The translations under genes were made by a program, and so were the position numbers. The notes under the pieces are model-generated. The model did not search any database. It was not told the origin of the DNA and saw nothing but the letters and a program-made list of their open reading frames with translations. Positions 56,965-64,000 of a stretch of DNA of 64,000 nucleotides are shown in pieces. This DNA is from a virus: IMG/VR virus record IMGVR_UViG_3300034021_001440, positions 48,419-112,418 of that record. One strand, given 5' to 3'. Every line of letters starts with the position of its first letter. Position 1 is the first letter of the stretch.

Positions 56965-56965
56965 A

Positions 56966-57460
56966 ATGGACGAGTTCCTCAGCAGCAGCCACGGTGTTCC
57001 GGATGCCCCTACGCCGATCAGCAGCGCGGGTACACCCACTCAAAGCTATCGCAACGCTGCTGGGGACTTTGACCTGAAAAATAAATACGGTTCTCGCAAG
57101 GTGAAGTCAAGGAAAGACTCTGACCAACCAAAAGAAGGCGACGAGCCGATGCGTGATGGAACCCTCCCCAAATACAATGAGGGTCCGTTGGCAACTGGTG
57201 GCACAGAAAAAGATGATGCCACAAAGCGTTATTTCGGGGACTTTTCCATCGAAGCAAAGCGCAATGTGATGGATCTTCTGAAGACCCACCCCATGTTCGA
57301 CCAAAAAGGCAACATGCGGATGGGCCGAGTGCAAAATAACACTCGCGAAGTTATGCCTCACGACCAAACGAAAACCGTCGAGAATGGCGGTTATCTGATT
57401 CGCCAAGACCAACCACAGGCATCTCAAAAAAGCTATGGCACCAAAAATCACGGATCCTAA
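56966..57460 (+). CDS. hypothetical hydrophilic protein
   Basis: Tightly packed ORF. Confidence 0.6.
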   Translation: MDEFLSSSHGVPDAPTPISSAGTPTQSYRNAAGDFDLKNKYGSRKVKSRKDSDQPKEGDEPMRDGTLPKYNEGPLATGGTEKDDATKRYFGDFSIEAKRNVMDLLKTHPMFDQKGNMRMGRVQNNTREVMPHDQTKTVENGGYLIRQDQPQASQKSYGTKNHGS

Positions 57461-57947
57461 CACTTTCCTACAAAACCTTGTTTCCAAGCGCGGCAAAAGC
57501 GATCTCTATGGCGTCTATCTGACGGGTGTCAATGTCATCGCAGAAGCCACCGAAGACTATGGATACCCTGTCTCTACTGACACTGCAGAGCGGGAACTTT
57601 CCTGTTTGATCTCCCGAGAAGAGCAAGACTGGAACCGCCTCCTTGTCGAGACTCGCAGAGACGAAGACCAGCTCATCTTCCCCATTTCATTTATTCGTGG
57701 GCACGAACCCTACACTGTGTTTTTCGCAAACGAAGGGCACGAAATGTCGTGTATGGTGTTCATTCCCACACTTGTTGTTTCAGAATTCGTAACAGAGGTT
57801 ACGTTTTTTCAGCACCTGCTTCGGTTTGTGGCCCGGTTCGCGGGTAAAACACCCACAACCATCCGCTTCACCTTGGGCGCCGTGTCCATTGAGTGGGAGG
57901 ATATGGTGAACCACGGGTACGCCGAAGAGGTGGAGGTGGGCTGGTAG
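57435..57947 (+). CDS. hypothetical protein
   Basis: ORF ends at the next promoter. Confidence 0.6.
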   Translation: MAPKITDPNTFLQNLVSKRGKSDLYGVYLTGVNVIAEATEDYGYPVSTDTAERELSCLISREEQDWNRLLVETRRDEDQLIFPISFIRGHEPYTVFFANEGHEMSCMVFIPTLVVSEFVTEVTFFQHLLRFVARFAGKTPTTIRFTLGAVSIEWEDMVNHGYAEEVEVGW

Positions 57948-57975
57948 TTTACGCAGCCCCCCGAGCTCCTATACT
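57947..57975 (+). promoter_or_regulatory. early-type promoter GTTTAC-N17-TATACT
   Basis: Recurring pattern. Confidence 0.65.
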
Positions 57976-57996
57976 ACTCGTGGTCTAAAACACACA

Positions 57997-58326
57997 ATGA
58001 ACCTAAACGACTATCAAAAAGCAGCCCTGGACACCGCAATGTATCCAAACAAGGGGTGCAATTTCACCTATCCCGCTCTGGGACTGGCAGGTGAAGCCGG
58101 TGAAGTTGCTGACAAACTGAAGAAGGTTATTCGTGACAACAACGGTGACCTGACACAGGGCGTTCGCGATGCCGTGGCAAAAGAGATCGGTGATGTGCTT
58201 TGGTACGTTGCGGTTCTTGCCTACGAGATGGGTTACGATCTCAGTGACATCGCTCAAATGAACGTTGACAAACTCGCCTCTCGCAAAGCGCGTGGTGTCA
58301 TCACGGGTTCAGGAGACAACCGATGA
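57997..58326 (+). CDS. mazG: MazG-like NTP pyrophosphohydrolase
   Basis: LGLAGEAGEVADKLKK...KEIGDVLWY...NVDKLASR. Confidence 0.85.
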   Translation: MNLNDYQKAALDTAMYPNKGCNFTYPALGLAGEAGEVADKLKKVIRDNNGDLTQGVRDAVAKEIGDVLWYVAVLAYEMGYDLSDIAQMNVDKLASRKARGVITGSGDNR

Positions 58327-58583
58327 TTGCGTCTGAAGTTACTTTTGACAAGATGCGCATCGTCGCTCGAAACAATCCCGAGCTTGGTATTCCCGTCAGC
58401 TACATGCAAGTTGAGTACGGACTCAAAGAACTAGAAGCATGCTGGGACGGTTTTGTGGATACCTCCGACACTTACGGCCAAGAGTTCACCTCTCGTAAAC
58501 AAGTTTGCCTTGAATTCTCAAATGCACTCAACGACTACCTCGAGTTCCTCGGCGAATCTGTTTCTGTCAAAGTGGGATCGTAG
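58323..58583 (+). CDS. hypothetical protein
   Basis: ATGA overlap with mazG. Confidence 0.55.
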   Translation: MIASEVTFDKMRIVARNNPELGIPVSYMQVEYGLKELEACWDGFVDTSDTYGQEFTSRKQVCLEFSNALNDYLEFLGESVSVKVGS

Positions 58584-59151
58584 GTTTATTCGCATTGCCG
58601 AGGAGGTTCGCCTCTGGAGCAAAGACCCTGGTACAAAAGTCGGATGTGTTCTTGTGAACGACCGTCGCATTCTTTCAACGGGATACAACGGTTTTCCACA
58701 CTTGGTCGAAGACAGTATTGAGAGGTATATTGACAGGGAATACAAACTCAGCGTAACGGTTCATGCTGAGAAAAACGCTATCCTTAATGCAGCGAAAAAC
58801 GGTACAAAGGTAGAGGGTTCTACCCTGTACGTGACATTTCCACCGTGTTCACAATGCGCTTCGGCAGTCATTCAAGCGGGTGTTGCAAAAGTGGTTTGCC
58901 CCAATCCGACACTGGCGCCGGAAAGATGGAGAGAAAACTTCCTTGCAGCAAACGAACTTTTTTATGAGGCAGGCGTTAAGGTTCTTTATTATTCGAGCTT
59001 TGACTTATGTCTAACAGAAACTGCCCCGTCTGCGGAGCCCACTGGGTTGACGGACAGCTCTACTGGAGCACAGGGAAACCCGGAAAGGACGTTGACCTCA
59101 ACGCTCTCGTATGCCGGAGACTACCTCCCGAAAAGGCTGACCGATGCGTGA
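58522..59151 (+). CDS. dCMP deaminase
   Basis: WDRRF, SKDPGTKVGC, TGYNG, HAEKNAI, PPCSQCA; start uncertain. Confidence 0.88.
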   Translation: MHSTTTSSSSANLFLSKWDRRFIRIAEEVRLWSKDPGTKVGCVLVNDRRILSTGYNGFPHLVEDSIERYIDREYKLSVTVHAEKNAILNAAKNGTKVEGSTLYVTFPPCSQCASAVIQAGVAKVVCPNPTLAPERWRENFLAANELFYEAGVKVLYYSSFDLCLTETAPSAEPTGLTDSSTGAQGNPERTLTSTLSYAGDYLPKRLTDA

Positions 59152-59231
59152 ATCCAGCGAAAGGGTCAGAAGGTGGCATCGGGTGGGAAGAGAGAATTAA
59201 AATCTTAGAGCAGGGACTTGACGGACTTTAG
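59007..59231 (+). CDS. small Cys-containing hypothetical protein
   Basis: CPVCGAHW.DGQLYWSTGKPG..DL..LVC...C.NP motif of a cyanophage-type small ORF; overlaps the deaminase tail. Confidence 0.6.
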   Translation: MSNRNCPVCGAHWVDGQLYWSTGKPGKDVDLNALVCRRLPPEKADRCVNPAKGSEGGIGWEERIKILEQGLDGL

Positions 59232-59246
59232 TTCGGTTTTCCGAAC

Positions 59247-59275
59247 TTGCCGTGACCCCCATTTCATTGTATAAT
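59247..59275 (+). promoter_or_regulatory. sigma70-like promoter TTGCCG-N17-TATAAT (extended TG nearby)
   Basis: Upstream of the sigma factor gene. Confidence 0.55.
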
Positions 59276-59296
59276 ATGGAGAGTTACAGAGGATCT

Positions 59297-59887
59297 ATGC
59301 CCACTCCAGACCTGCTTCAGAAAGCGATCAAGGGGGATGCCCGGAGCATCTCGGCGATCGTGCAAAAATACACACCACTTGTTCACAAGATCGTAAACAA
59401 ATATGCCTGGATGTCTCCGGCTCACAGCCGTGATGACCTGGTTCAAGAAGGACTTCTTGGCGTCATCAAAGCCATTGAAACCTTTGAGCCCGAGCGAGGT
59501 ACTCGCTTTATGACCTGGGCGTATCCAAAAATCCGTGGTGCCGTCGCGGGCGTTGCTCGCAAAGAAAAGAAGCACCCCAAATACGCCATCTCTCTTGAGA
59601 TGTCTGACTGGGCAAAAAACCTGGAAGACCCCAATCAATATGAAGTTCGAGACGAGATTCTGGCCAAGATGGTGAAGGATTTGGTCATCGACGGGTGTGG
59701 CTCAACTGACTCCAAGCGTGCGCAGATTGTTTGTGATCGGTTTGGTTTGCTCGGGCACAAAGCCCTCCGTCAAGGGGAAGTGGCAAAGAAGCACGGACTC
59801 ACCAAACAGGCTGTGCAATCCCACCTCGCTCGCTTTCACAAAATCATTCGACAAAAGCACCCTGAACTGGAAATGCTGATCAAATGA
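59297..59887 (+). CDS. phage RNA polymerase sigma factor (sigma70 family, regions 2 and 4)
   Basis: DDLVQEGLLGVIKAIETFEPERGTRFMTWAYPKIRGAV; C-terminal HTH QGEVAKKHGLTKQAVQ. Confidence 0.88.
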   Translation: MPTPDLLQKAIKGDARSISAIVQKYTPLVHKIVNKYAWMSPAHSRDDLVQEGLLGVIKAIETFEPERGTRFMTWAYPKIRGAVAGVARKEKKHPKYAISLEMSDWAKNLEDPNQYEVRDEILAKMVKDLVIDGCGSTDSKRAQIVCDRFGLLGHKALRQGEVAKKHGLTKQAVQSHLARFHKIIRQKHPELEMLIK

Positions 59888-60231
59888 AAACCACGGGTAA
59901 AAATTTTATCGCGACGAAAGTTTTTGACAAGGACTGCGACATCTGCAAACACATGAGTAAGCATGATCGCATCACCTTCGAAGAATTTAATGACATCGCA
60001 TACCAGGAGGTTCTCCTGGATGACGTCATCAACCACGGCAATAACCTAACCAAACTACGAATCTACCAGATTCTAGAAAGGCACGCACTCAACCCAGATT
60101 ACACCATTGATCTGCCAGTCTATGTGCTTCTGACTAAGCAAGGTCAGTACAAAGGGCACCACGTCGGTGCCGCAACCCTCGTAGAACTTCGCGACAAAAT
60201 CAAAGAATGTCTCGAAGACACCCCTGAATAA
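59884..60231 (+). CDS. thioredoxin-fold protein
   Basis: CDIC motif near the N-terminus; cis-Pro-like LPVYVLL. Confidence 0.6.
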   Translation: MKTTGKNFIATKVFDKDCDICKHMSKHDRITFEEFNDIAYQEVLLDDVINHGNNLTKLRIYQILERHALNPDYTIDLPVYVLLTKQGQYKGHHVGAATLVELRDKIKECLEDTPE

Positions 60232-60251
60232 AACGGAGGATTTATGTTCAA

Positions 60252-60578
60252 TTGGGCCATCACATTCTTGTAAGTCTTTACGGCATCACCTTCAATTTAC
60301 TTGATGATCTTGCCGCAATCAAAGACGCATTCGAACGTGCCGTAGAAGCCTGCGGTGCGACAGTTCTGAATCGTTTCTCACATCAGTTTCACCCCCAAGG
60401 CGTCACCATAGTTTACGCTTTGGCAGAGTCACACATCTCCATTCACACGTTTCCGGAAAAAGGATCGTGTGCTGTGGATGTCTACACTTGCGGTGACATG
60501 GACTCAATGAAGGCCATGAAAACCTTAATCGAACATTTCAAACCTATTGAGGTGTCTATTCAGGAGTTTAATCGATGA
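60252..60578 (+). CDS. speD: S-adenosylmethionine decarboxylase proenzyme
   Basis: HQFHPQGVT...LAESHISIHTFPE...DVYTCG; TTG start after GGAGGA. Confidence 0.9.
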   Translation: MGHHILVSLYGITFNLLDDLAAIKDAFERAVEACGATVLNRFSHQFHPQGVTIVYALAESHISIHTFPEKGSCAVDVYTCGDMDSMKAMKTLIEHFKPIEVSIQEFNR

Positions 60579-60736
60579 AAGCGAAAAAACTGGTAAAGAA
60601 AGCTCTGTCAACACCAGAGCTCTACTCGCCTGACGAATTGCTATACTTTCAAATGTGGCTTCGTCAGAAAGAGGCAAAGAAAGTAAGGAAACAGGAACTG
60701 ATTCGGCTCAAACTCGAACAAGCCTACCTCCAGTAG
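60575..60736 (+). CDS. 53-aa basic hypothetical protein (not in the ORF track)
   Basis: MKAKKLVKKALSTPELYSPDELLYFQMWLRQK...; ATGA overlap with speD. Confidence 0.6.
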   Translation: MKAKKLVKKALSTPELYSPDELLYFQMWLRQKEAKKVRKQELIRLKLEQAYLQ

Positions 60737-60764
60737 TTTACAAATTGTTACGGAATTCTATACT
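60736..60764 (+). promoter_or_regulatory. early-type promoter GTTTAC-N17-TATACT with overlapping HLR1-like repeat
   Basis: TTTACAAA-TT-GTTACGGA at 60737-60754. Confidence 0.6.
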
Positions 60765-60787
60765 AGGTCCGTCTACCCTCTATAATA

Positions 60788-60988
60788 ATGACAGTTACCA
60801 CCAACGAAAAAGGCCAACAAAACATGTGGGCCAAAGAGCCCCAGATGTACACTGATCCTAACAAGGACTACTCCGTGACCCATAACGAAAAAGCTGAAAT
60901 GCTAAATGGCCGCCTGGCTATGCTGGGTGTAATCGCAGCTATGGGCTCTTATGCCGTGACGGGTCAACTGATCCCCGGCATCTGGTGA
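60788..60988 (+). CDS. hli: high-light inducible protein
   Basis: AEMLNGRLAMLG chlorophyll-binding motif, TGQLIPGIW, cyanophage-type N-terminus QQNMWAKEP. Confidence 0.93.
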   Translation: MTVTTNEKGQQNMWAKEPQMYTDPNKDYSVTHNEKAEMLNGRLAMLGVIAAMGSYAVTGQLIPGIW

Positions 60989-61077
60989 CTTCCCTTATCT
61001 TCACGGTCACTTCTGTGACCTTCTTTGTGCTTCTCGCACACGCAACCAATGAACTCGGAAAAACCTACTTCGATTGA
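60985..61077 (+). CDS. 30-aa single-TM peptide coupled to hli
   Basis: A GTG overlapping the hli stop gives MTSLIFTVTSVTFFVLLAHATNELGKTYFD. Confidence 0.5.
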   Translation: MTSLIFTVTSVTFFVLLAHATNELGKTYFD

Positions 61078-61360
61078 AATGTGGTGGCCTTCCCCAGAGG
61101 CCTTTAATGATTTGACCGTCGATGAAGCAGAGTACGGTTTCGATCTCTCTGCTCCCGATGGCACCGAGTGTGCCGAATGGCTCTCGTACTGGGCTCAGAA
61201 CGAAGAACACCACAAAGTGTTTCAAGACGAGTTCATCAAAGTCATCATTGACTACGCAAACCAAACACTAGACAAACATGGCGAAAATCAAGACCAGCCT
61301 GACGGGCAAGACGGTAATCGAGTCGAAGCCGAAGAAGAGTGCCCAGGGGTGCTCCCGTAA
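61049..61360 (+). CDS. acidic hypothetical protein
   Basis: ORF in a packed cluster. Confidence 0.5.
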   Translation: MNSEKPTSIEMWWPSPEAFNDLTVDEAEYGFDLSAPDGTECAEWLSYWAQNEEHHKVFQDEFIKVIIDYANQTLDKHGENQDQPDGQDGNRVEAEEECPGVLP

Positions 61361-61424
61361 CACCAATCGGGCTGCCACTCCCACCCGTGCTCGTCAAAAA
61401 CGGTATCGCGGTCAAGGCAAATGA
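61278..61424 (+). CDS. 48-aa basic peptide ending KRYRGQGK
   Basis: MAKIKTSLTGKTVIESKPKKSAQG...KRYRGQGK resembles a conserved cyanophage small basic protein; ATGA overlap with the next gene. Confidence 0.6.
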   Translation: MAKIKTSLTGKTVIESKPKKSAQGCSRNTNRAATPTRARQKRYRGQGK

Positions 61425-61747
61425 TAGTTCAGCTGGACCCACCTCTGCCCCTTGACACGTCAAAAGGACGGGGGTGGGCTCATGCTCTCATTGACTACTC
61501 GCAGGAACATGACCTACTGTGGGTGGTCTTTCTGAATGAAAACGGGGAGTGCTGGACACTGCCCAATTCGGAAGTTCGCATGGTCAGCAACATCTCTCTC
61601 GGACGCTATGGGATTAATCCTCGGAATTGGAATAGCTTCGGCAGTGGGAACGCTGGTGGGCAATCTGATTCTCTTCTCCATTATCGGAGTGATGGCACAA
61701 CGCCAACAGAAGAAACAAGAAAAGGAATTGTTGAAGCTCCAGAATGA
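61421..61747 (+). CDS. conserved phage hypothetical protein
   Basis: QLDPPLPLDTSKGRGWAHALIDYSQEHDLLWVVF motif. Confidence 0.6.
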   Translation: MIVQLDPPLPLDTSKGRGWAHALIDYSQEHDLLWVVFLNENGECWTLPNSEVRMVSNISLGRYGINPRNWNSFGSGNAGGQSDSLLHYRSDGTTPTEETRKGIVEAPE

Positions 61748-61811
61748 CTTTCTGGAAATGAGACAAAAAGAAACCGAACGCATGCGCCGTTACGCCAAGA
61801 TGGAGGGGTGA
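61608..61811 (+). CDS. small membrane protein
   Basis: N-terminal TM helix followed by a charged coiled coil. Confidence 0.55.
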   Translation: MGLILGIGIASAVGTLVGNLILFSIIGVMAQRQQKKQEKELLKLQNDFLEMRQKETERMRRYAKMEG

Positions 61812-61818
61812 CCTACGG

Positions 61819-61847
61819 GTTTACTCCTCCTTTTTGGCGCCTATACT
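61819..61847 (+). promoter_or_regulatory. early-type promoter GTTTAC-N17-TATACT overlapping a terminator-like hairpin (61802-61835)
   Basis: Recurring pattern; GGAGGGGTGACC...GGTTTACTCCTCC-TTTTT. Confidence 0.6.
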
Positions 61848-61870
61848 ATTTTCACCTGTTCCAAACCACC

Positions 61871-62473
61871 GTGAACATCTTCGCTGTAAGCAACAACCCA
61901 GTTATTGCCGCCTGTCAACTCCCCGACAAACTCGTAGTAAAAATGCCTACGGAAAGCATTCAGTTGCTAACTCCGTGGGCTTTTAACACGCATGGGGCCT
62001 ACATCCAGAAACCAGACGGGACCAATTACGGCACCAAGGGGTTCGCACATCACCCCTGTGCAAAATGGCTCTACGAAAGTCCCTCAAATGTTGTCTGGTT
62101 GCTCGAACATGCGCAAGCAATGTCAGAAGAATACACCGCTCGCTATCACAAACAGCACGGTGTGGACTATGCTTTGTTCCAACTAGAGGACCTCATTAAG
62201 TGTCACTATCCTGAAACTGAATCGTTCGACCACACAGAGTTCGTTCAAGCAATGCCGGAAGAGTTCAAAGTTCCTGGTGACGCCGTTACTGCTTACCGCA
62301 ACTACCTCAATGGTTACAAAGGTTATGCTGAGTGGCGTTACAGCGAAAAACCTGGGTGGTGGGATGAAACAAAGCACGAACCAGTGCGTAAACAATACCT
62401 CGCTGAGCGAGAAGCCAAACGTATGAAGAAAAAGAATGTCAATCCGAGAGTACCGGCAACCCTACAAAGTTAA
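61871..62473 (+). CDS. pyrimidine-dimer DNA glycosylase-like (DenV-family) protein
   Basis: MNIFA....P..AA..LPDK.VVKMP.E..QLL, HHPCAKW, QAMP, AYRNY motifs; GTG start. Confidence 0.7.
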   Translation: MNIFAVSNNPVIAACQLPDKLVVKMPTESIQLLTPWAFNTHGAYIQKPDGTNYGTKGFAHHPCAKWLYESPSNVVWLLEHAQAMSEEYTARYHKQHGVDYALFQLEDLIKCHYPETESFDHTEFVQAMPEEFKVPGDAVTAYRNYLNGYKGYAEWRYSEKPGWWDETKHEPVRKQYLAEREAKRMKKKNVNPRVPATLQS

Positions 62474-63410
62474 CGGGAAGTTTGAGTTCCCACAATTTTT
62501 CGAGTCTTATCAAAAGGCTCTGTCGTCAATCTGGCGTCCGCAGGAGGTAAGCTTTGAGTCGGATATCCGAGACTGGCAAAATTCTTCTTCGGACGAGAAG
62601 GAGATTATTGGGGGTATTCTTAGAGGATTCACCCAACTTGAGTGCCATGTTTCTGATCATTGGGCTACCATCCCTACTTGGTTTCCTAAGCACGAGATTG
62701 CTGCTGTGGCTCGCGCATTTAGCCTGAGTGAGATCGTTCACGCGGAAGCGTATAACCTTCTCTCTGACACTCTTGGACTTGACGAGTTTGAGGCATTTCT
62801 CGGTGACCCTGTTGCTCAGCAAAAAATCGGATACTTCCTCGAGAATAGGGGCACTAAGGAATCTCTGGCTGTGTTCAGTGGCGCTGGTGAGGGTGTTTCT
62901 CTTTTCAGTTCTTTCGCTGTTTTACTTAGTCTTAATCTCACCGGTCGTTTCAAGGGTATCGCCCAAATCATCTCTTGGTCAGCACTCGACGAGCAGCAAC
63001 ACTCCGACACCGGAATCGCCCTCTTCCGAGAGTTAATTGCAGAAGATGCGCTTACTTTGGAAGAAACCAGAGGCATCGTTCAAGGATTTGACGTTGTGAT
63101 CGAGAACGAGTTTGCGTTCCTTGAGAAAATCTTTGAGGGTCGTACCCTGAGCACCATTCGCAAGGATGATGTTCGAGAATACATTCTCTATCGGGCTAAC
63201 GACCGATTGGCGCGTCTGGGTGTGCAGAAAGTTTTCAAATACGATGAACCTTCTGCCAACCGCATCAAAGAGTGGTTTCACCCTCTCATGGCTGGTGCCA
63301 CCAGCACTGACTTCTTCGCTCAAAAGGCAGACGGAGCCAACTACATTTCGAAACCGACCCAAGACTTCATGGGCGTCAACCTGCAAACCCTCGACCTCGT
63401 CCTTGTATGA
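62436..63410 (+). CDS. nrdB: class I ribonucleotide reductase beta subunit
   Basis: WRPQEV, SEIVHAEAY, EGVSLFSSF, DEQQH, TDFF...Y. Confidence 0.92.
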   Translation: MSIREYRQPYKVNGKFEFPQFFESYQKALSSIWRPQEVSFESDIRDWQNSSSDEKEIIGGILRGFTQLECHVSDHWATIPTWFPKHEIAAVARAFSLSEIVHAEAYNLLSDTLGLDEFEAFLGDPVAQQKIGYFLENRGTKESLAVFSGAGEGVSLFSSFAVLLSLNLTGRFKGIAQIISWSALDEQQHSDTGIALFRELIAEDALTLEETRGIVQGFDVVIENEFAFLEKIFEGRTLSTIRKDDVREYILYRANDRLARLGVQKVFKYDEPSANRIKEWFHPLMAGATSTDFFAQKADGANYISKPTQDFMGVNLQTLDLVLV

Positions 63411-64000
63411 TCGCTCCGGAATGGCTCTCAGAAGAGGGCATGCACACACTATCAGCAGGTTATCTGCTACCTGAAGAAACTCCTCGGGCAATGTTTGAGC
63501 GAGTAGCTAAAGCTGCGGCAACAATCAATGAAGACCCTTCACTCTTTGACGATCTCTTTACTTGCCTTTGGAATGGGTGGATTGGTCTCGCTAGTCCCGT
63601 TGCTGCTAACTTCGGGACTTCACGGGCACTTCCTATTTCTTGCTACAGCGTTCACCTCAGCGATAGTGTTAGCAGCATTTATTCGCACCTTAAAGAAGTT
63701 GCACAGCTGAGTAAGAACGGTGGTGGAGTCGGCGTTTATTTTGGTGACGTGCGCCCTGCCGGTGCTCCTATTAGTGGAGGCGGAAAGTCGACTGGGGTCG
63801 TTCCGTGGGCGCAACAATACGATCTCGCCGCGAGAGTTGTCTCACAAGGCGGGGTTCGTCGGGGATCCTTTGCCATCTACCTACCGATCGACCACCCGGA
63901 TGTCCCGGAGTTGCTACGTGCTAAAGATCATAGCAAGGGGGATCCGCGCAAGTTCGTTGACAGCAATGTTGCTCTTTCTATCTCTGATGAGTGGATCGAG
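63407..64000 (+). CDS. nrdA: class I ribonucleotide reductase alpha subunit (partial, runs off the window)
   Basis: Manual translation MIAPEWL...ASPVAANFG...LPISCY...SKNGGGVG...RPAGAPI...SQGGVRRGS; ATGA overlap with nrdB. Confidence 0.92.
   Translation, partial: MIAPEWLSEEGMHTLSAGYLLPEETPRAMFERVAKAAATINEDPSLFDDLFTCLWNGWIGLASPVAANFGTSRALPISCYSVHLSDSVSSIYSHLKEVAQLSKNGGGVGVYFGDVRPAGAPISGGGKSTGVVPWAQQYDLAARVVSQGGVRRGSFAIYLPIDHPDVPELLRAKDHSKGDPRKFVDSNVALSISDEWIE

Noticed and set aside
57842-59902. GGGTAAAA at 57842 and 59895
   Set aside because: Both are inside coding regions (Gly-Lys codons) without a suitable start 30-36 nt downstream, so they were not counted as promoters.
1-64000. tRNA, rRNA, CRISPR arrays, introns or inteins
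   Set aside because: Intergenic gaps are nearly all under 100 nt with no cloverleaf or repeat-spacer pattern seen; thyX, nrdB and the visible part of nrdA read uninterrupted.

Overview
This window is a 64-kb segment of a large tailed phage genome, most likely a contractile-tailed cyanophage, judged from hli, thyX, mazG, speD, nrdAB, a 2OG-Fe(II) oxygenase and cyanophage-type small ORFs. Nearly all genes are on the + strand. Layout: (1) 1-6.9 kb holds small putative head-associated proteins, including an HNH-domain protein and a protein kinase that share an N-terminal module. (2) 6.9-40.3 kb is a 33-kb array of 12 modular tail fibre/tailspike/adaptor genes plus a small partner gene, interrupted by a glycosyltransferase-sulfotransferase pair; four of the fibres are extremely Cys-rich. 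(3) 40.3-46 kb holds nucleases, a GIY-YIG homing endonuclease and thyX. (4) 46-53.4 kb holds tail initiator, tape measure and hub genes. (5) 53.5-64 kb holds replication, nucleotide-metabolism and auxiliary genes and a phage sigma factor. Two promoter classes can be read from the sequence: a GGGTAAA(A) motif about 30-56 nt upstream of 17 mostly structural genes, and a T4-early-like (G)TTTAC-N16/17-TA(T/A)A(C/A)T motif upstream of metabolic genes. Best candidates for undescribed biology: Cys-loaded fibre paralogues co-located with modifying enzymes; a polymorphic effector family (shared N-terminus with HNH or kinase C-terminus, each followed by a small gene); a shared head-targeting leader; a shared acidic C-terminal LDF motif; and an HLR1-like box on the hli promoter. 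All calls come from reading motifs by eye; no database search was run.
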